Below the pieces are notes generated by a model. It saw only the letters and a list, made by a program, of their open reading frames with translations. It had not been told where the DNA came from and ran no database searches. A program made the translations under genes and the position numbers. DNA of 64,000 nucleotides, taken from positions 372,852 through 436,851 of the forward strand of contig CBFIDD010000001.1 of NCBI GenBank assembly GCA_965661285.1, in the 5' to 3' direction. The DNA comes from Poseidonia sp. Its GTDB lineage: Archaea; Thermoplasmatota; Poseidoniia; Poseidoniales; Poseidoniaceae. Shown in pieces: positions 30,858-40,243 of the stretch. The stretch's first letter is position 1, and each line of letters starts with the position of its first letter.

Positions 30858-31676
30858 ATGGGTGAAGGCATCAAACTCCCGGTCCTAAACGGGCTGGGGC
30901 GCACAAACCGAATTGACAACTGGTGGAGTCAGCCACTGGCCATGGCCATCGGGTTGACCGCCGCGCTCCTCTACACCTTCTGGCGCCTCTTCCTCTACGA
31001 CGCCGACATCTCCTACGCCCTGCACGGCAGCACGGTCATGTCGCCCATTTTTTCACCCAACGTCCTTGAATGGAGTCTGTTCGGCCTGAACGAGTGGAAT
31101 CACCCCGAATGGGTCAACGCCGCTATTCTCGTGCTGTGGATTCCCTTTGGCTTCCGTGGCACCTGCTACTACATGCGCCGCGTCTACTACCGCACCTTCT
31201 TCGCCAGCCCAACCGCATGCTGGGTTGACGAGCCCGACATCAACAAGGCCATTGGCTACAAAGGCGAGAAGCGCTTGTTCATCTTCAACAACTTGCACCG
31301 CTACTTCCTCTATGCGGCCATGATCATCCTGGTCATCAAGTGGTGGGATGTCACCCACACCATGCACTTTCACTCCGCCACCTACGATGGGTATGGCGTC
31401 TCCCTTGGGACCTTCGTGATGGGCATTGAGGCCTTCCTGCTCACGATGTACGTCACCTCCTGCCACGCCCTGCGCCACCTGGCCGGCGGCATGCTCGACC
31501 GCTGGACCACCGGCATCAGCCGTGTTCGTGGCGTGTTGTTCGGAAAAATCAGCGTGCTGAACCGCTCGCACGGATTTTGGTTCTGGACATCATTGATTTT
31601 CGTCTTCCTCGGGGACCTCTGGGTTCTCGCCGTGGCTGAGGGTCGGTTGAGCGACATGGTGCTCTTTGTTGTTTGA
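30858..31676 (+). CDS. Succinate dehydrogenase membrane anchor, mycobacterial Sdh1 (Rv0249c-like) type
   Basis: About 5 TM helices; FRGTCYYMRRVYYRTF, PTAC, NLHRYF, SCHALRH motifs; directly upstream of sdhAB. Confidence 0.8.
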   Translation: MGEGIKLPVLNGLGRTNRIDNWWSQPLAMAIGLTAALLYTFWRLFLYDADISYALHGSTVMSPIFSPNVLEWSLFGLNEWNHPEWVNAAILVLWIPFGFRGTCYYMRRVYYRTFFASPTACWVDEPDINKAIGYKGEKRLFIFNNLHRYFLYAAMIILVIKWWDVTHTMHFHSATYDGYGVSLGTFVMGIEAFLLTMYVTSCHALRHLAGGMLDRWTTGISRVRGVLFGKISVLNRSHGFWFWTSLIFVFLGDLWVLAVAEGRLSDMVLFVV

Positions 31677-31682
31677 GGTGAG

Positions 31683-33539
31683 ATGATGAGCGAGAAGATT
31701 ACCGAACACGAATACGACGTCATTGTCATCGGTGCCGGCGGAGCCGGTCTCCGTGCCGCCATCGAAGCCGCTCGTAGCGGTGCCAAGACGGCCATCATCA
31801 CCAAATCCCTGCTGGGCAAAGCCCACACCGTCATGGCCGAAGGTGGTTGCGCAGCAGCCCTCCAAAACGCCGACCCCCGCGACGGCTGGAAGGTCCATTT
31901 CCACGACACGATGAAAGGAAGCAAGTGGCTTGCCAACTGGCGCATGGCCGAATTCCACGCCAAGGAAGCCCCCGACCGTGTTCGTGAACTCGAGCAGTGG
32001 GGCGCCGTGTTTGACCGCACACCAAAGAACCTCATCAATCAGCGAAACTTCGGAGGCCACACCTTCCCTCGCCTCGCCCACGTCGGCGACGCTACAGGTC
32101 TCGAGATCATTCGCACCCTCCAAGAACGTGGCATTCACGAAGGCATTGACATCTTCATGGAGTACACCGTTCGCAGCCTCCTCAAGGAAGGCGACCGGGT
32201 CACCGGCTGTGTGGCCTACACCCGTGTGGACGGTGAATTCCATGCCTTCTCCGCCAAGTCTGTCGTGCTCGCCACCGGCGGCATCACCCGTTGCTGGTCC
32301 GTATGCTCCGGTTCTTGGGAGTACACCGGCGACGGTCACGCACTCGCCCTTTGGGCCGGTGCCGAACTTCGCGACATGGAGTTCGTCCAGTTCCACCCCA
32401 CCGGCATGGTATGGCCTCCATCCGTTCGAGGCATCCTCGTGACCGAGGGCGTACGCGGTGAAGGCGGCCGCCTCACCAACAGCGAAGGCAGCCGTTTCAT
32501 GTTCGACTACGTGCCTGAGATGTTTGCTGGCGACCACGCTGATACCATTGAGGAAGCCGACCAGTGGGTCGAAGAAGTCGTCAGTGGCAAGCTGGCGACG
32601 GTCCGCCGACCACCTGAACTGTTGACCCGAGACGTCGTGGCCAAGGCCATCAACGAAGAGGTCAAAGCAGGCCGTGGCTCGCCCCACGGCGGGGCCTTCC
32701 TCGACATCTCTCACCGCGGTGAGGAAGCCATCATGAAGAAACTCCCGTCCATGCACCACCAATTCAAGGAACTCGCTGGCGTTGACATCAGCAAGGAACC
32801 CATGGAAGTGGGCCCCACGGCGCACTACGTGATGGGTGGGGTCATCGTTGACGCCGAATCCCAAGAAACAACGGTCCCCGGTCTGTTCGCCTGCGGCGAG
32901 GTGGCATCAGGACTTCACGGCGCCAACCGCCTTGGCGGAAACTCCCTTTCCGATCTCATCGTGTTCGGCAAGCGAGCCGGCGAATTTGCCGCCAAGCGCG
33001 CCAAGGACTTGGCACAGCCTTCCATCGATGAAGACCAGGTTGGCCAAGCCATCGACGACATGCTGGCCCCGCTCCAGCGAGAAGGCGGAGAAAACCCCGG
33101 CGCCATTTACGACGAGATGCGCGACATGATGCAGGCCAAGGTCGGTATCATCCGAACCAAGAACGAACTTGAAGAAGCCCTTGACGACCTCAAAGCGTTC
33201 AAGGAGCGCGCACTCGCCTGTTCTTCCGGCACCTCGCGGAAGTACAACTCCGGCTGGCACCAGGCGCTTGACCTGCTCAACATGGCCGATGTCTCCCACG
33301 CCGCAACACTCGCCGCCATCACCCGAGAGGAGAGCCGAGGCGGCCACACACGCGACGACTTCCCAACGCCCGAGGATGACTACTGGGGCAACACCATCAA
33401 CATCATTTGGATGGACGAAGGCGAGATGAAAATTCGACAAGAGCCTGTTGAGGAGATGCGCGACGACCTCAAAGACGCCCTCAAGGAAGTGAAGGCGATG
33501 ATCGCTGAACGCGCAGCGGAAGCAGGAGGTGGAAATTGA
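31683..33539 (+). CDS. sdhA: Succinate dehydrogenase/fumarate reductase flavoprotein
   Basis: GAGGAG, AHTVMAEGG (covalent-FAD His), QFHPTG, EGVRGEGG, HYVMGG, HGANRLGGNSL, ESRGGH. Confidence 0.96.
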   Translation: MMSEKITEHEYDVIVIGAGGAGLRAAIEAARSGAKTAIITKSLLGKAHTVMAEGGCAAALQNADPRDGWKVHFHDTMKGSKWLANWRMAEFHAKEAPDRVRELEQWGAVFDRTPKNLINQRNFGGHTFPRLAHVGDATGLEIIRTLQERGIHEGIDIFMEYTVRSLLKEGDRVTGCVAYTRVDGEFHAFSAKSVVLATGGITRCWSVCSGSWEYTGDGHALALWAGAELRDMEFVQFHPTGMVWPPSVRGILVTEGVRGEGGRLTNSEGSRFMFDYVPEMFAGDHADTIEEADQWVEEVVSGKLATVRRPPELLTRDVVAKAINEEVKAGRGSPHGGAFLDISHRGEEAIMKKLPSMHHQFKELAGVDISKEPMEVGPTAHYVMGGVIVDAESQETTVPGLFACGEVASGLHGANRLGGNSLSDLIVFGKRAGEFAAKRAKDLAQPSIDEDQVGQAIDDMLAPLQREGGENPGAIYDEMRDMMQAKVGIIRTKNELEEALDDLKAFKERALACSSGTSRKYNSGWHQALDLLNMADVSHAATLAAITREESRGGHTRDDFPTPEDDYWGNTINIIWMDEGEMKIRQEPVEEMRDDLKDALKEVKAMIAERAAEAGGGN

Positions 33540-34306
33540 TGTCTCTCAAAGGTACCAAACAATCGTTCAACATTCTACGCGGTGAGGGCGACGACGCCAA
33601 ACTTCAGGCCTACGAACTGGAACTTGACGAGGGCATGGTCGTTCTCGACTGCCTGCATCGCATCCAGCACGACCAGGAGCCCGACATGGCGGTTCGGTGG
33701 AACTGCAAAGCCGGAAAATGCGGTTCATGTTCGGCTGAGATCAATGGACGTCCACGCCTGATGTGCATGACACGCATGAGCGATGTGGTTGCCGAAACAC
33801 CTGCCGGTCAACCGATCGAAATCCGTCCGATGAAAACCTTCCCGCACGTCAAAGACCTGGTGACCGACGTGAGTTGGAACTACGAGGTGGCCCAACGTAT
33901 TGCCCCCATCAACGGGCCTGAGGAAATGGACTGGGAGTTCAATCAAATGGAAGCCGACCGTGTGCAGCACTTCCGAGAATGCATCGAATGTTTCCTCTGT
34001 GTGAACACCTGCCACGTGCTTCGAGACCACGAGCTGTTCGACGATTTCGCCGGGCCACGCAACCTTGTTCGCTTGGCGCAATACGAAATGCACCCGCTCG
34101 ATACCGAGGATCGCGTGCCCGAAATCAAGAAGGAATTTGGCGTCGAATACTGCAACATCACCCGATGTTGCACCGAAGTTTGTCCTGCAGGTATCGAAAT
34201 TACCGACGACGCCATTATCCAACTCAAGGAACGTGTCGTTGACCGCTACTATGACCCACTGCAGCGGATTTGGCGCACCTTGACTCGCAAGAACGTTCGG
34301 TATTGA
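33539..34306 (+). CDS. sdhB: Succinate dehydrogenase iron-sulfur subunit
   Basis: CKAGKCGSC, CIECFLCVNTC, CNITRCCTEVCP; TGATG coupling with sdhA. Confidence 0.95.
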   Translation: MSLKGTKQSFNILRGEGDDAKLQAYELELDEGMVVLDCLHRIQHDQEPDMAVRWNCKAGKCGSCSAEINGRPRLMCMTRMSDVVAETPAGQPIEIRPMKTFPHVKDLVTDVSWNYEVAQRIAPINGPEEMDWEFNQMEADRVQHFRECIECFLCVNTCHVLRDHELFDDFAGPRNLVRLAQYEMHPLDTEDRVPEIKKEFGVEYCNITRCCTEVCPAGIEITDDAIIQLKERVVDRYYDPLQRIWRTLTRKNVRY

Positions 34307-34335
34307 GCATCAAGCATGGGACAAGGCGAACGACC

Positions 34336-35223
34336 TCATCCCCGAGCGATGAGCCACTCTCGAATCCAAGATTCCCCAATACCGTCGTAATCCACGTTGG
34401 GTGGCTGAAGTGGTCGAACGATGACCAGGATATCCAACTCACCGCCCCACGAAGCCTTCGCAACCACCACAACTTCACCCACCTTCGTGCCTTCGGGGTG
34501 AGAACCAAAGGCGGTGGTGTTGATGTTGTAGTTCCTGAAGACCACCGTTTCGACATCGCCAGCGTCCCAGCTTCCGATGATGATGTCCAAGGTGGGCGGC
34601 CCAGGAACAGGTCGCAGCGTGATTTCTTCAGGATTGAGTCTGACGAAGGGCACTTCCTCGTCAATCAATTCAATCGCTTGATGCAGCCGACCCGTTTCCA
34701 TGTCCATGAGCGAAGCCAAGGTCAGAGCAACCGTCTCAGCGCCCATCACGCCCGGTTGATGCGGGAGGCGAAGGGTCAGCGACTGCAGCACCACCACATC
34801 CGTGGTGACCCATGTGTATTGCTGGCCGGCAGGGTAAATCGGTGAATGCGGGTTTTCGGTGAACAAGGGCTGGCCCCAATCATCGGGCGAAACGGGTTGG
34901 GAAACCGGAAGAAAACCGGTTGCACTCATGCAAAGAACCGCCACACTCAGCGCCACCAATCGTGGTGTTCGCTGTTCGGACCATTCTTGACGGCCAGCTG
35001 GACTGAGCACAGAAAGCAACAACAGCAGGGGGAGCGCCAACAGCGCACCCGCGGGTACAATCCAGATGAGGACGGCAAAGAGGAAGGCCATGCGCACGCC
35101 GTTGGGACCGATGGAGACGGTCCAGTGGCCCTCCTCAGATTCGTTGTTTCGTCGATGGTAGAGGTACAAGGCAAGTCCACCCCCTGCCAAGGGGGCCAAG
35201 GATTGGAGAACACCCTGCCACAT
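34336..35223 (-). CDS. Hypothetical membrane protein
   Basis: 3-4 N-terminal hydrophobic segments plus a soluble domain; fills the gap, divergent from the ABC genes. Confidence 0.7.
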   Translation of the reverse strand: MWQGVLQSLAPLAGGGLALYLYHRRNNESEEGHWTVSIGPNGVRMAFLFAVLIWIVPAGALLALPLLLLLSVLSPAGRQEWSEQRTPRLVALSVAVLCMSATGFLPVSQPVSPDDWGQPLFTENPHSPIYPAGQQYTWVTTDVVVLQSLTLRLPHQPGVMGAETVALTLASLMDMETGRLHQAIELIDEEVPFVRLNPEEITLRPVPGPPTLDIIIGSWDAGDVETVVFRNYNINTTAFGSHPEGTKVGEVVVVAKASWGGELDILVIVRPLQPPNVDYDGIGESWIREWLIARG

Positions 35224-35313
35224 GGACAATACCTGTGGGAAAGCGGACGATGTCCGTCATAGAGGTTCGCCTCCCACCAAGGGTTGATGCGAGGGTTTCC
35301 CTTCGCTATGGGC

Positions 35314-36336
35314 ATGGCGGAGGCGGTGCTTTCCTTCAAGTCGGTCCAACACCGACACGTCCTCGCCGCTCCAACCCTGTTCAAGCCGTGGGCCAAACGC
35401 CCTGGGCCAGGGATCGTTGGATTGTCTCTTGACCTCTACGAAGGGTCTGTTCTGGGCCTCATCGGACCAAACGGCGCTGGGAAAACAACCCTGCTGAGAA
35501 TCATGGCGGGGGTCTTACCCGTTCAGGAGGGAAGTGTAGAATCCCGCTTTGACAGCGAAGAATGGCGTCCGGTGAATGACCTTCGCCAATGGGTAGGCCA
35601 CATGCCCGAACAAGTGCGCTGGCAAGGCAAGACCACGGTGTGCGAAGCGCTCAGCCAACTCGGGGACATGCGTGGAACGTCCGAGAAGAAAATCCAGCGT
35701 TTGCTCTCTCTGGTAGGCCTTCGGAGTCGACAGCACGAAGCGTTGGACAACCTCAGTCAAGGCATGCGTCAACGCCTTTCCATCGCTTCTGCCTTGTTGG
35801 GCTCGCCAAAGGTGCTCGTGCTCGACGAACCGTTCAACGGTTTGGACCCCGTAGCAGCCGAAGCCTTCTCCGCATTGGTACGTACGCTTGCCTCCAAAGG
35901 TGTGAGCGTTGTCATTTCCTCCCACATGGTTGGCCACCTTGAGGGGCTGGTCGACCGCATCGGTCTTTTGCACCGAGGCCAGTTGCTGGACGAGGGACCG
36001 CTGGAAGACGTTGAGCGTCGCCTCGGCCTACAAGGACGCTACACCATGAAAGGTCACGGCGATGTCGACTTCACAGCGTTAGCGCCTAACGAGGATATTC
36101 TTGACACGCATTACGACGGGGAGGCATGGTCATTGACGGTGAAACAACACCCAAAATCGGTTCTCTCTGCTGCGGTTAAGGCCAACGTTAACATCACGTC
36201 GTGGGCACCTGTGCGACCCAACTTGGTCGAGTGGTTGTGTGCCGCTACGGGCATGAGCGTGGATGACATCTCTCTCGAAGTGGCTTCATCGGCCATGCTC
36301 CCCATGCGTTCGGTAGAGGTGAGCGAAGATGAGTGA
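35314..36336 (+). CDS. ABC transporter ATP-binding protein (ABC-2/DrrA-like)
   Basis: GPNGAGKTT, LSQGMRQR, VLDEPFNGLDP, ISSH; start uncertain (35308 or 35314). Confidence 0.93.
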   Translation: MAEAVLSFKSVQHRHVLAAPTLFKPWAKRPGPGIVGLSLDLYEGSVLGLIGPNGAGKTTLLRIMAGVLPVQEGSVESRFDSEEWRPVNDLRQWVGHMPEQVRWQGKTTVCEALSQLGDMRGTSEKKIQRLLSLVGLRSRQHEALDNLSQGMRQRLSIASALLGSPKVLVLDEPFNGLDPVAAEAFSALVRTLASKGVSVVISSHMVGHLEGLVDRIGLLHRGQLLDEGPLEDVERRLGLQGRYTMKGHGDVDFTALAPNEDILDTHYDGEAWSLTVKQHPKSVLSAAVKANVNITSWAPVRPNLVEWLCAATGMSVDDISLEVASSAMLPMRSVEVSEDE

Positions 36337-37159
36337 CATCAAGCGCATCATGAAGGTCGCTGCTCGTATCCGAAAGGAACGCCTGGCCGGCATTCGGCTG
36401 AAGATCATGCTCCCCATCCTTCTGCTGTTCCTGCCCGGGATGGCGTGGGGGTTCTCCGACCCCAACATCGTGTTACCGGGTGGCCACCAGCCCGATACGG
36501 CGATGGAGGTGCTGTTTTACGCCTCGCTCGGGGTGGTGTTTGGCGCCACGATGTGCGCCGTTCTCATGGCCTTTGACGGCGTGAGCAAAAACCGGGCCAG
36601 CGGCATGTTGGAAGTCCGCCTCGCGCAGCCCATGCCTCGGCAGCACCAAGCCACGGCCTTGATTTTAGGACATGCTCAGAGCATTCTTCTGCCCGTTTAC
36701 GCCCTGCTCTTGGCATCAATCCTGGTCGTTCGCGTCCGATTGGGGGAATGGCCGACGTTGAGCGAGATGCTGGTGTACGGACTCTCGACCGGACTGGTCG
36801 TGTTATGGTACACGCTCTTCGCACTGCTGGCTTCGACCTCGGCCAGAGAACAGGGCACGGCCATCGCCTTTGGTATCGGCGTCTGGTTCTTCTTCACCTT
36901 CCTTTGGGCCCTCGTAACGACCATGGTCGCCTACGCCTCGGGCGTAGCGGTCGGTGAAGCCAACGACCCCGCATGGGTCACACTCGAGGGCATGCTCGAC
37001 CTGCTTTCACCCAACGGCGTGTATCACCACCTCCTTGAGACCCAACTTCCGACGGTGGACAGGGGGGTCGCTGCTTGGCAGTCTTGGCTGGCAGCGTTGC
37101 TTTGGACGGCTTTCCCTTGGTGGGCCCTCCATCGCCGCATGGAACGGCTCGTACCATGA
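36329..37159 (+). CDS. ABC-2 type permease (NosY-like)
   Basis: About 6 TM helices; AFDGVSKNRASGMLEVRLAQPMPR motif; overlaps the ATPase gene. Confidence 0.85.
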   Translation: MSDIKRIMKVAARIRKERLAGIRLKIMLPILLLFLPGMAWGFSDPNIVLPGGHQPDTAMEVLFYASLGVVFGATMCAVLMAFDGVSKNRASGMLEVRLAQPMPRQHQATALILGHAQSILLPVYALLLASILVVRVRLGEWPTLSEMLVYGLSTGLVVLWYTLFALLASTSAREQGTAIAFGIGVWFFFTFLWALVTTMVAYASGVAVGEANDPAWVTLEGMLDLLSPNGVYHHLLETQLPTVDRGVAAWQSWLAALLWTAFPWWALHRRMERLVP

Positions 37160-37204
37160 CGGTTTCAACCAATTCTTCATGAAGGCGAAAGACCACCGGG
37201 TGTT

Positions 37205-39157
37205 ATGACACCCCGCATGCCAGCGCCCATCCTCTCCATCCTACTCGCTCTCTTGATGGTGGGTGTGACATCCACGCCTGTCCTCACCGATGTCGACGAT
37301 GCACCCATCGTCTCCTCAACAGAAGGTCGACAGGATACGCTGGACGTGGACTGCAGCGGCTATTCCTTTGAAGACCTCTTTGAGTACGATTTTGCCTTGT
37401 TTGAGCTGAATGTACTCGACGACTGGGCAACCGGTGACATGTACGCTAACGCATGGGTAAACGGGTCAAACTCCGCCATTGTTCGGGACAACCTTGACGG
37501 CCTGTTTGAGGGCCTGCCGGGTGGCGACAACGAATGGATCAGCACCGACGAGCGAGATGCTGTTCGCAGCATCGGACCGAAGTGCATCGCCGATATGGAA
37601 ACCCGTCTTGGCATGCGAGAGGGCATCCCACATTCGGGTGGCGTGGACTGGAACGATTTCGAATTCGTTGAGGACGGTATCGGTCTTGACGAAGTCAACC
37701 TCGTTCCTGACGGTCATCAAGACGCACGAACCTGCACGAATTTCGGGGCTGCCGCAGACTGTCAAGAGGTCCCCACATCCACCACCGACGACATGGAAAT
37801 CAGTCTCTTTGTCGCCGACGGGCAAACCAACAACGTTCGTTGGGACCAACTGCCCAACAGCGGCGTCTCAAATTTCACGCTCGCCATGAACATCAGCAAC
37901 ATGAGCGATGCAGCCCTCGTGGTCACCTTCCCCGTGCTTCAGGGGCTGCGCATGTACGACTTCCGTGTGCTCGACAACCAACCCGAAAGCGGACAGACCT
38001 GCGACCACATCGGGGAGCCATCGTTCACCTACCTGCCCGATGGCGCGCTCAGGGTGACCCAACTCGTCTCGTTCGACCGAACGCAGTGGGATTTGGTGTG
38101 CAACATGTTCATGGATTTCACAACCGAAGAACCCGCCACCAATGATGCACCGACGTGGACATCCCTCGCGCCCACCAACGGTACCAAAATTTCCACCTCC
38201 GGTGCCGGAACCTGGGGCTTCGCTACTGCAGAGACCGGGAACGCTTGGGCCACCGACGAGAACGGATGGTCACTTCAATGCGACTTTGATGAAGACGGAT
38301 GGAGTGTTTCAACCGATGTGCTCGGCGATTTCTTCGTCACCCAACCCGAGAGTTCGAGCCAAACGACCGCCACCTGCCACGCGGTTGACCCGCTTGGAGC
38401 CGTCGACGAAAACGATTCGAGAGTCTGGACCTTCGGAACGCTCTACACGGCGACGGCGACCGTTGATGAAGATGGGAAGAACGCCCGATTGACCATCACC
38501 TCAGCAGGGCTCGTTGACGAGTTTTTGTTCAGCGCACGAGCGCTCCAAAACGGCCAGCTGGGTGGAGAAGGTGAGACCATCACCGTAGCCTCATCACCCG
38601 CCACGACCGCCGTTTCTCTGACCAACATCAGGCCAGGTGCCTTTGTGTTTAGCGTGTCGGCCGAAGCGTCCAACATGCTGGCTCACACTGCGGACCTCGC
38701 ACTCGGATTGACCAAACCAAATTCCCCACCTGCCGTTTCGGTCGCCGTGAATTTCGATGGTGAAAATGCGACATGGGACGAAAGTCAACTCAAATTCGAA
38801 ATGTTTGGATTGGTCTCCGACCCCGACCTCGAAGCGGTCACGATGAGTTTGACCATTTGCGGAGCCGACTACCAAGGTTTCACCATCGATGGCATCAACT
38901 GGGTGGTTGAGGTTTCAACCGCCATTTGCCTTGCCAACGGATTAACCAACTACGACGTACTCATCACCGCCATGGATGAATCGGGAGCTAAAACCGAACT
39001 CGCTGTTGGTATTCCCGCACCGGTATCGGACACCGGAGGGGATGTTGCACCGCCCGTTACCGAAGAAGAGGCGGGGGCGCTTCCATCCCTCTCCTTCCTC
39101 GCAACAATTTCGATGCTTGGAGCAGCCCTCTTGCTTCAGCGACGAAAGCACGAGTAA
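37205..39157 (+). CDS. Secreted acidic cell-surface protein with C-terminal anchor
   Basis: Signal peptide, D/T/S-rich beta-domains, several N-x-S/T sequons, tail LPSLSFLATISMLGAALLLQRRKHE (TM plus basic cluster). Confidence 0.85.
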   Translation: MTPRMPAPILSILLALLMVGVTSTPVLTDVDDAPIVSSTEGRQDTLDVDCSGYSFEDLFEYDFALFELNVLDDWATGDMYANAWVNGSNSAIVRDNLDGLFEGLPGGDNEWISTDERDAVRSIGPKCIADMETRLGMREGIPHSGGVDWNDFEFVEDGIGLDEVNLVPDGHQDARTCTNFGAAADCQEVPTSTTDDMEISLFVADGQTNNVRWDQLPNSGVSNFTLAMNISNMSDAALVVTFPVLQGLRMYDFRVLDNQPESGQTCDHIGEPSFTYLPDGALRVTQLVSFDRTQWDLVCNMFMDFTTEEPATNDAPTWTSLAPTNGTKISTSGAGTWGFATAETGNAWATDENGWSLQCDFDEDGWSVSTDVLGDFFVTQPESSSQTTATCHAVDPLGAVDENDSRVWTFGTLYTATATVDEDGKNARLTITSAGLVDEFLFSARALQNGQLGGEGETITVASSPATTAVSLTNIRPGAFVFSVSAEASNMLAHTADLALGLTKPNSPPAVSVAVNFDGENATWDESQLKFEMFGLVSDPDLEAVTMSLTICGADYQGFTIDGINWVVEVSTAICLANGLTNYDVLITAMDESGAKTELAVGIPAPVSDTGGDVAPPVTEEEAGALPSLSFLATISMLGAALLLQRRKHE

Positions 39158-39206
39158 AACCGACAACACCAAAAGCACTTGACCGCAGGAAGCAACAGGT
39201 CTTGAG

Positions 39207-40229
39207 ATGTTTACTGGCACCGTTGAAGCACGAAGCCACGAGGGTGGTTTGCTGGTGCATTTTGAAGGCTCATCCCCTGCGCTCAACGCCATCATGATTC
39301 GAGCCGACGACGGCACCTACATCGGAAAGGTCGACGGGGTCATCGGAAGCACCAACCATCCGCTCGCTCACGTGGCGCACATCGACCGCTCCCTCGACAT
39401 GGACACGCTCATCGGCGTGAGCGTGACCGTCCGGGCAAAACAGAAGCCCAGAGAACAGCGAAACGATCGGCGGACCCGCCGAGATGACGGACGTCATGAC
39501 CGGAGGGGACGAGACGACAACCGGGGTTTCCGAAACGATCGGGACGGCGGACGTCAGCAACGCGGCACGTTCAACGATAACGACTGGACGTGCCCGGAGT
39601 GCAAGAACTCCAATTTCGCTTTCAGAAACGTCTGCAACCGGTGCGAAGCACCACGACCGGGTGGCGGTGGTGGACGACGGGACGACCGAAGAGGACGAGA
39701 CAACAACCGAGGATTCCGAAACGACAGAGGCGGAAGACGGGACGACCGAGGATTCCGAAACGACAGAGGCGGACGACGGGACAACCGTCAAGGACGGGAC
39801 AACAACCGAGGATTCCGAAACGATCGGAACGGCGGGAGCCAACAACGCGGTACGTACAACGACAACGACTGGACATGCGCCGAGTGCAAGAACTCCAATT
39901 TCGCCTTCAGAAAGGTCTGCAACCGATGCGAAGCACCGCGACCGGGTGGCGGCGGTGGCGGTGGAGGAGGACAATACCGAAACGACCGTCGCACAGGAAG
40001 CTACGGAAATCAGCGGAGAGACCACCGCGGAGGAAGCTACGGAAATCAGCGGAGAGATGGCGAACGAGGACGCCAACAGGGCGGTCGAGGCGGCGGTGGT
40101 CGCTTCCAAAATCGCCGTTCATCCGATGTTCAACCCCGCAGAGCCAAAGGAAAGCGTTCTGGTCATGCTCACAATCAACCTCCCCGAGACTTCAGATCTC
40201 CGCGGAAATTTGAACGCAGAGACGACTGA
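39207..40229 (+). CDS. Gar1/Naf1-like domain fused to RG/RD-rich low-complexity region with two RanBP2-type zinc fingers
   Basis: N-terminal GTV...GLLV...PALN...IGKVDGVIGSTNHPLAHV resembles the archaeal Gar1 core; two copies of DWTCxECKNSNFAFRxVCNRCEAPRP. Confidence 0.82.
   Translation: MFTGTVEARSHEGGLLVHFEGSSPALNAIMIRADDGTYIGKVDGVIGSTNHPLAHVAHIDRSLDMDTLIGVSVTVRAKQKPREQRNDRRTRRDDGRHDRRGRDDNRGFRNDRDGGRQQRGTFNDNDWTCPECKNSNFAFRNVCNRCEAPRPGGGGGRRDDRRGRDNNRGFRNDRGGRRDDRGFRNDRGGRRDNRQGRDNNRGFRNDRNGGSQQRGTYNDNDWTCAECKNSNFAFRKVCNRCEAPRPGGGGGGGGGQYRNDRRTGSYGNQRRDHRGGSYGNQRRDGERGRQQGGRGGGGRFQNRRSSDVQPRRAKGKRSGHAHNQPPRDFRSPRKFERRDD
39520..40060 (+). repeat. Intragenic duplications and short tandem repeats
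   Basis: Zinc-finger block duplicated with a 285-nt offset (39582, 39867); RGFRNDR x4; GSYGNQRRD x2. Confidence 0.9.
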
Positions 40230-40243
40230 ACGGATGTGTGCAG

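Noticed and set aside
39520-40060. Repeats resembling a CRISPR array or VNTR
   Set aside because: They are in-frame coding repeats with no unique spacers, and no cas genes are present.
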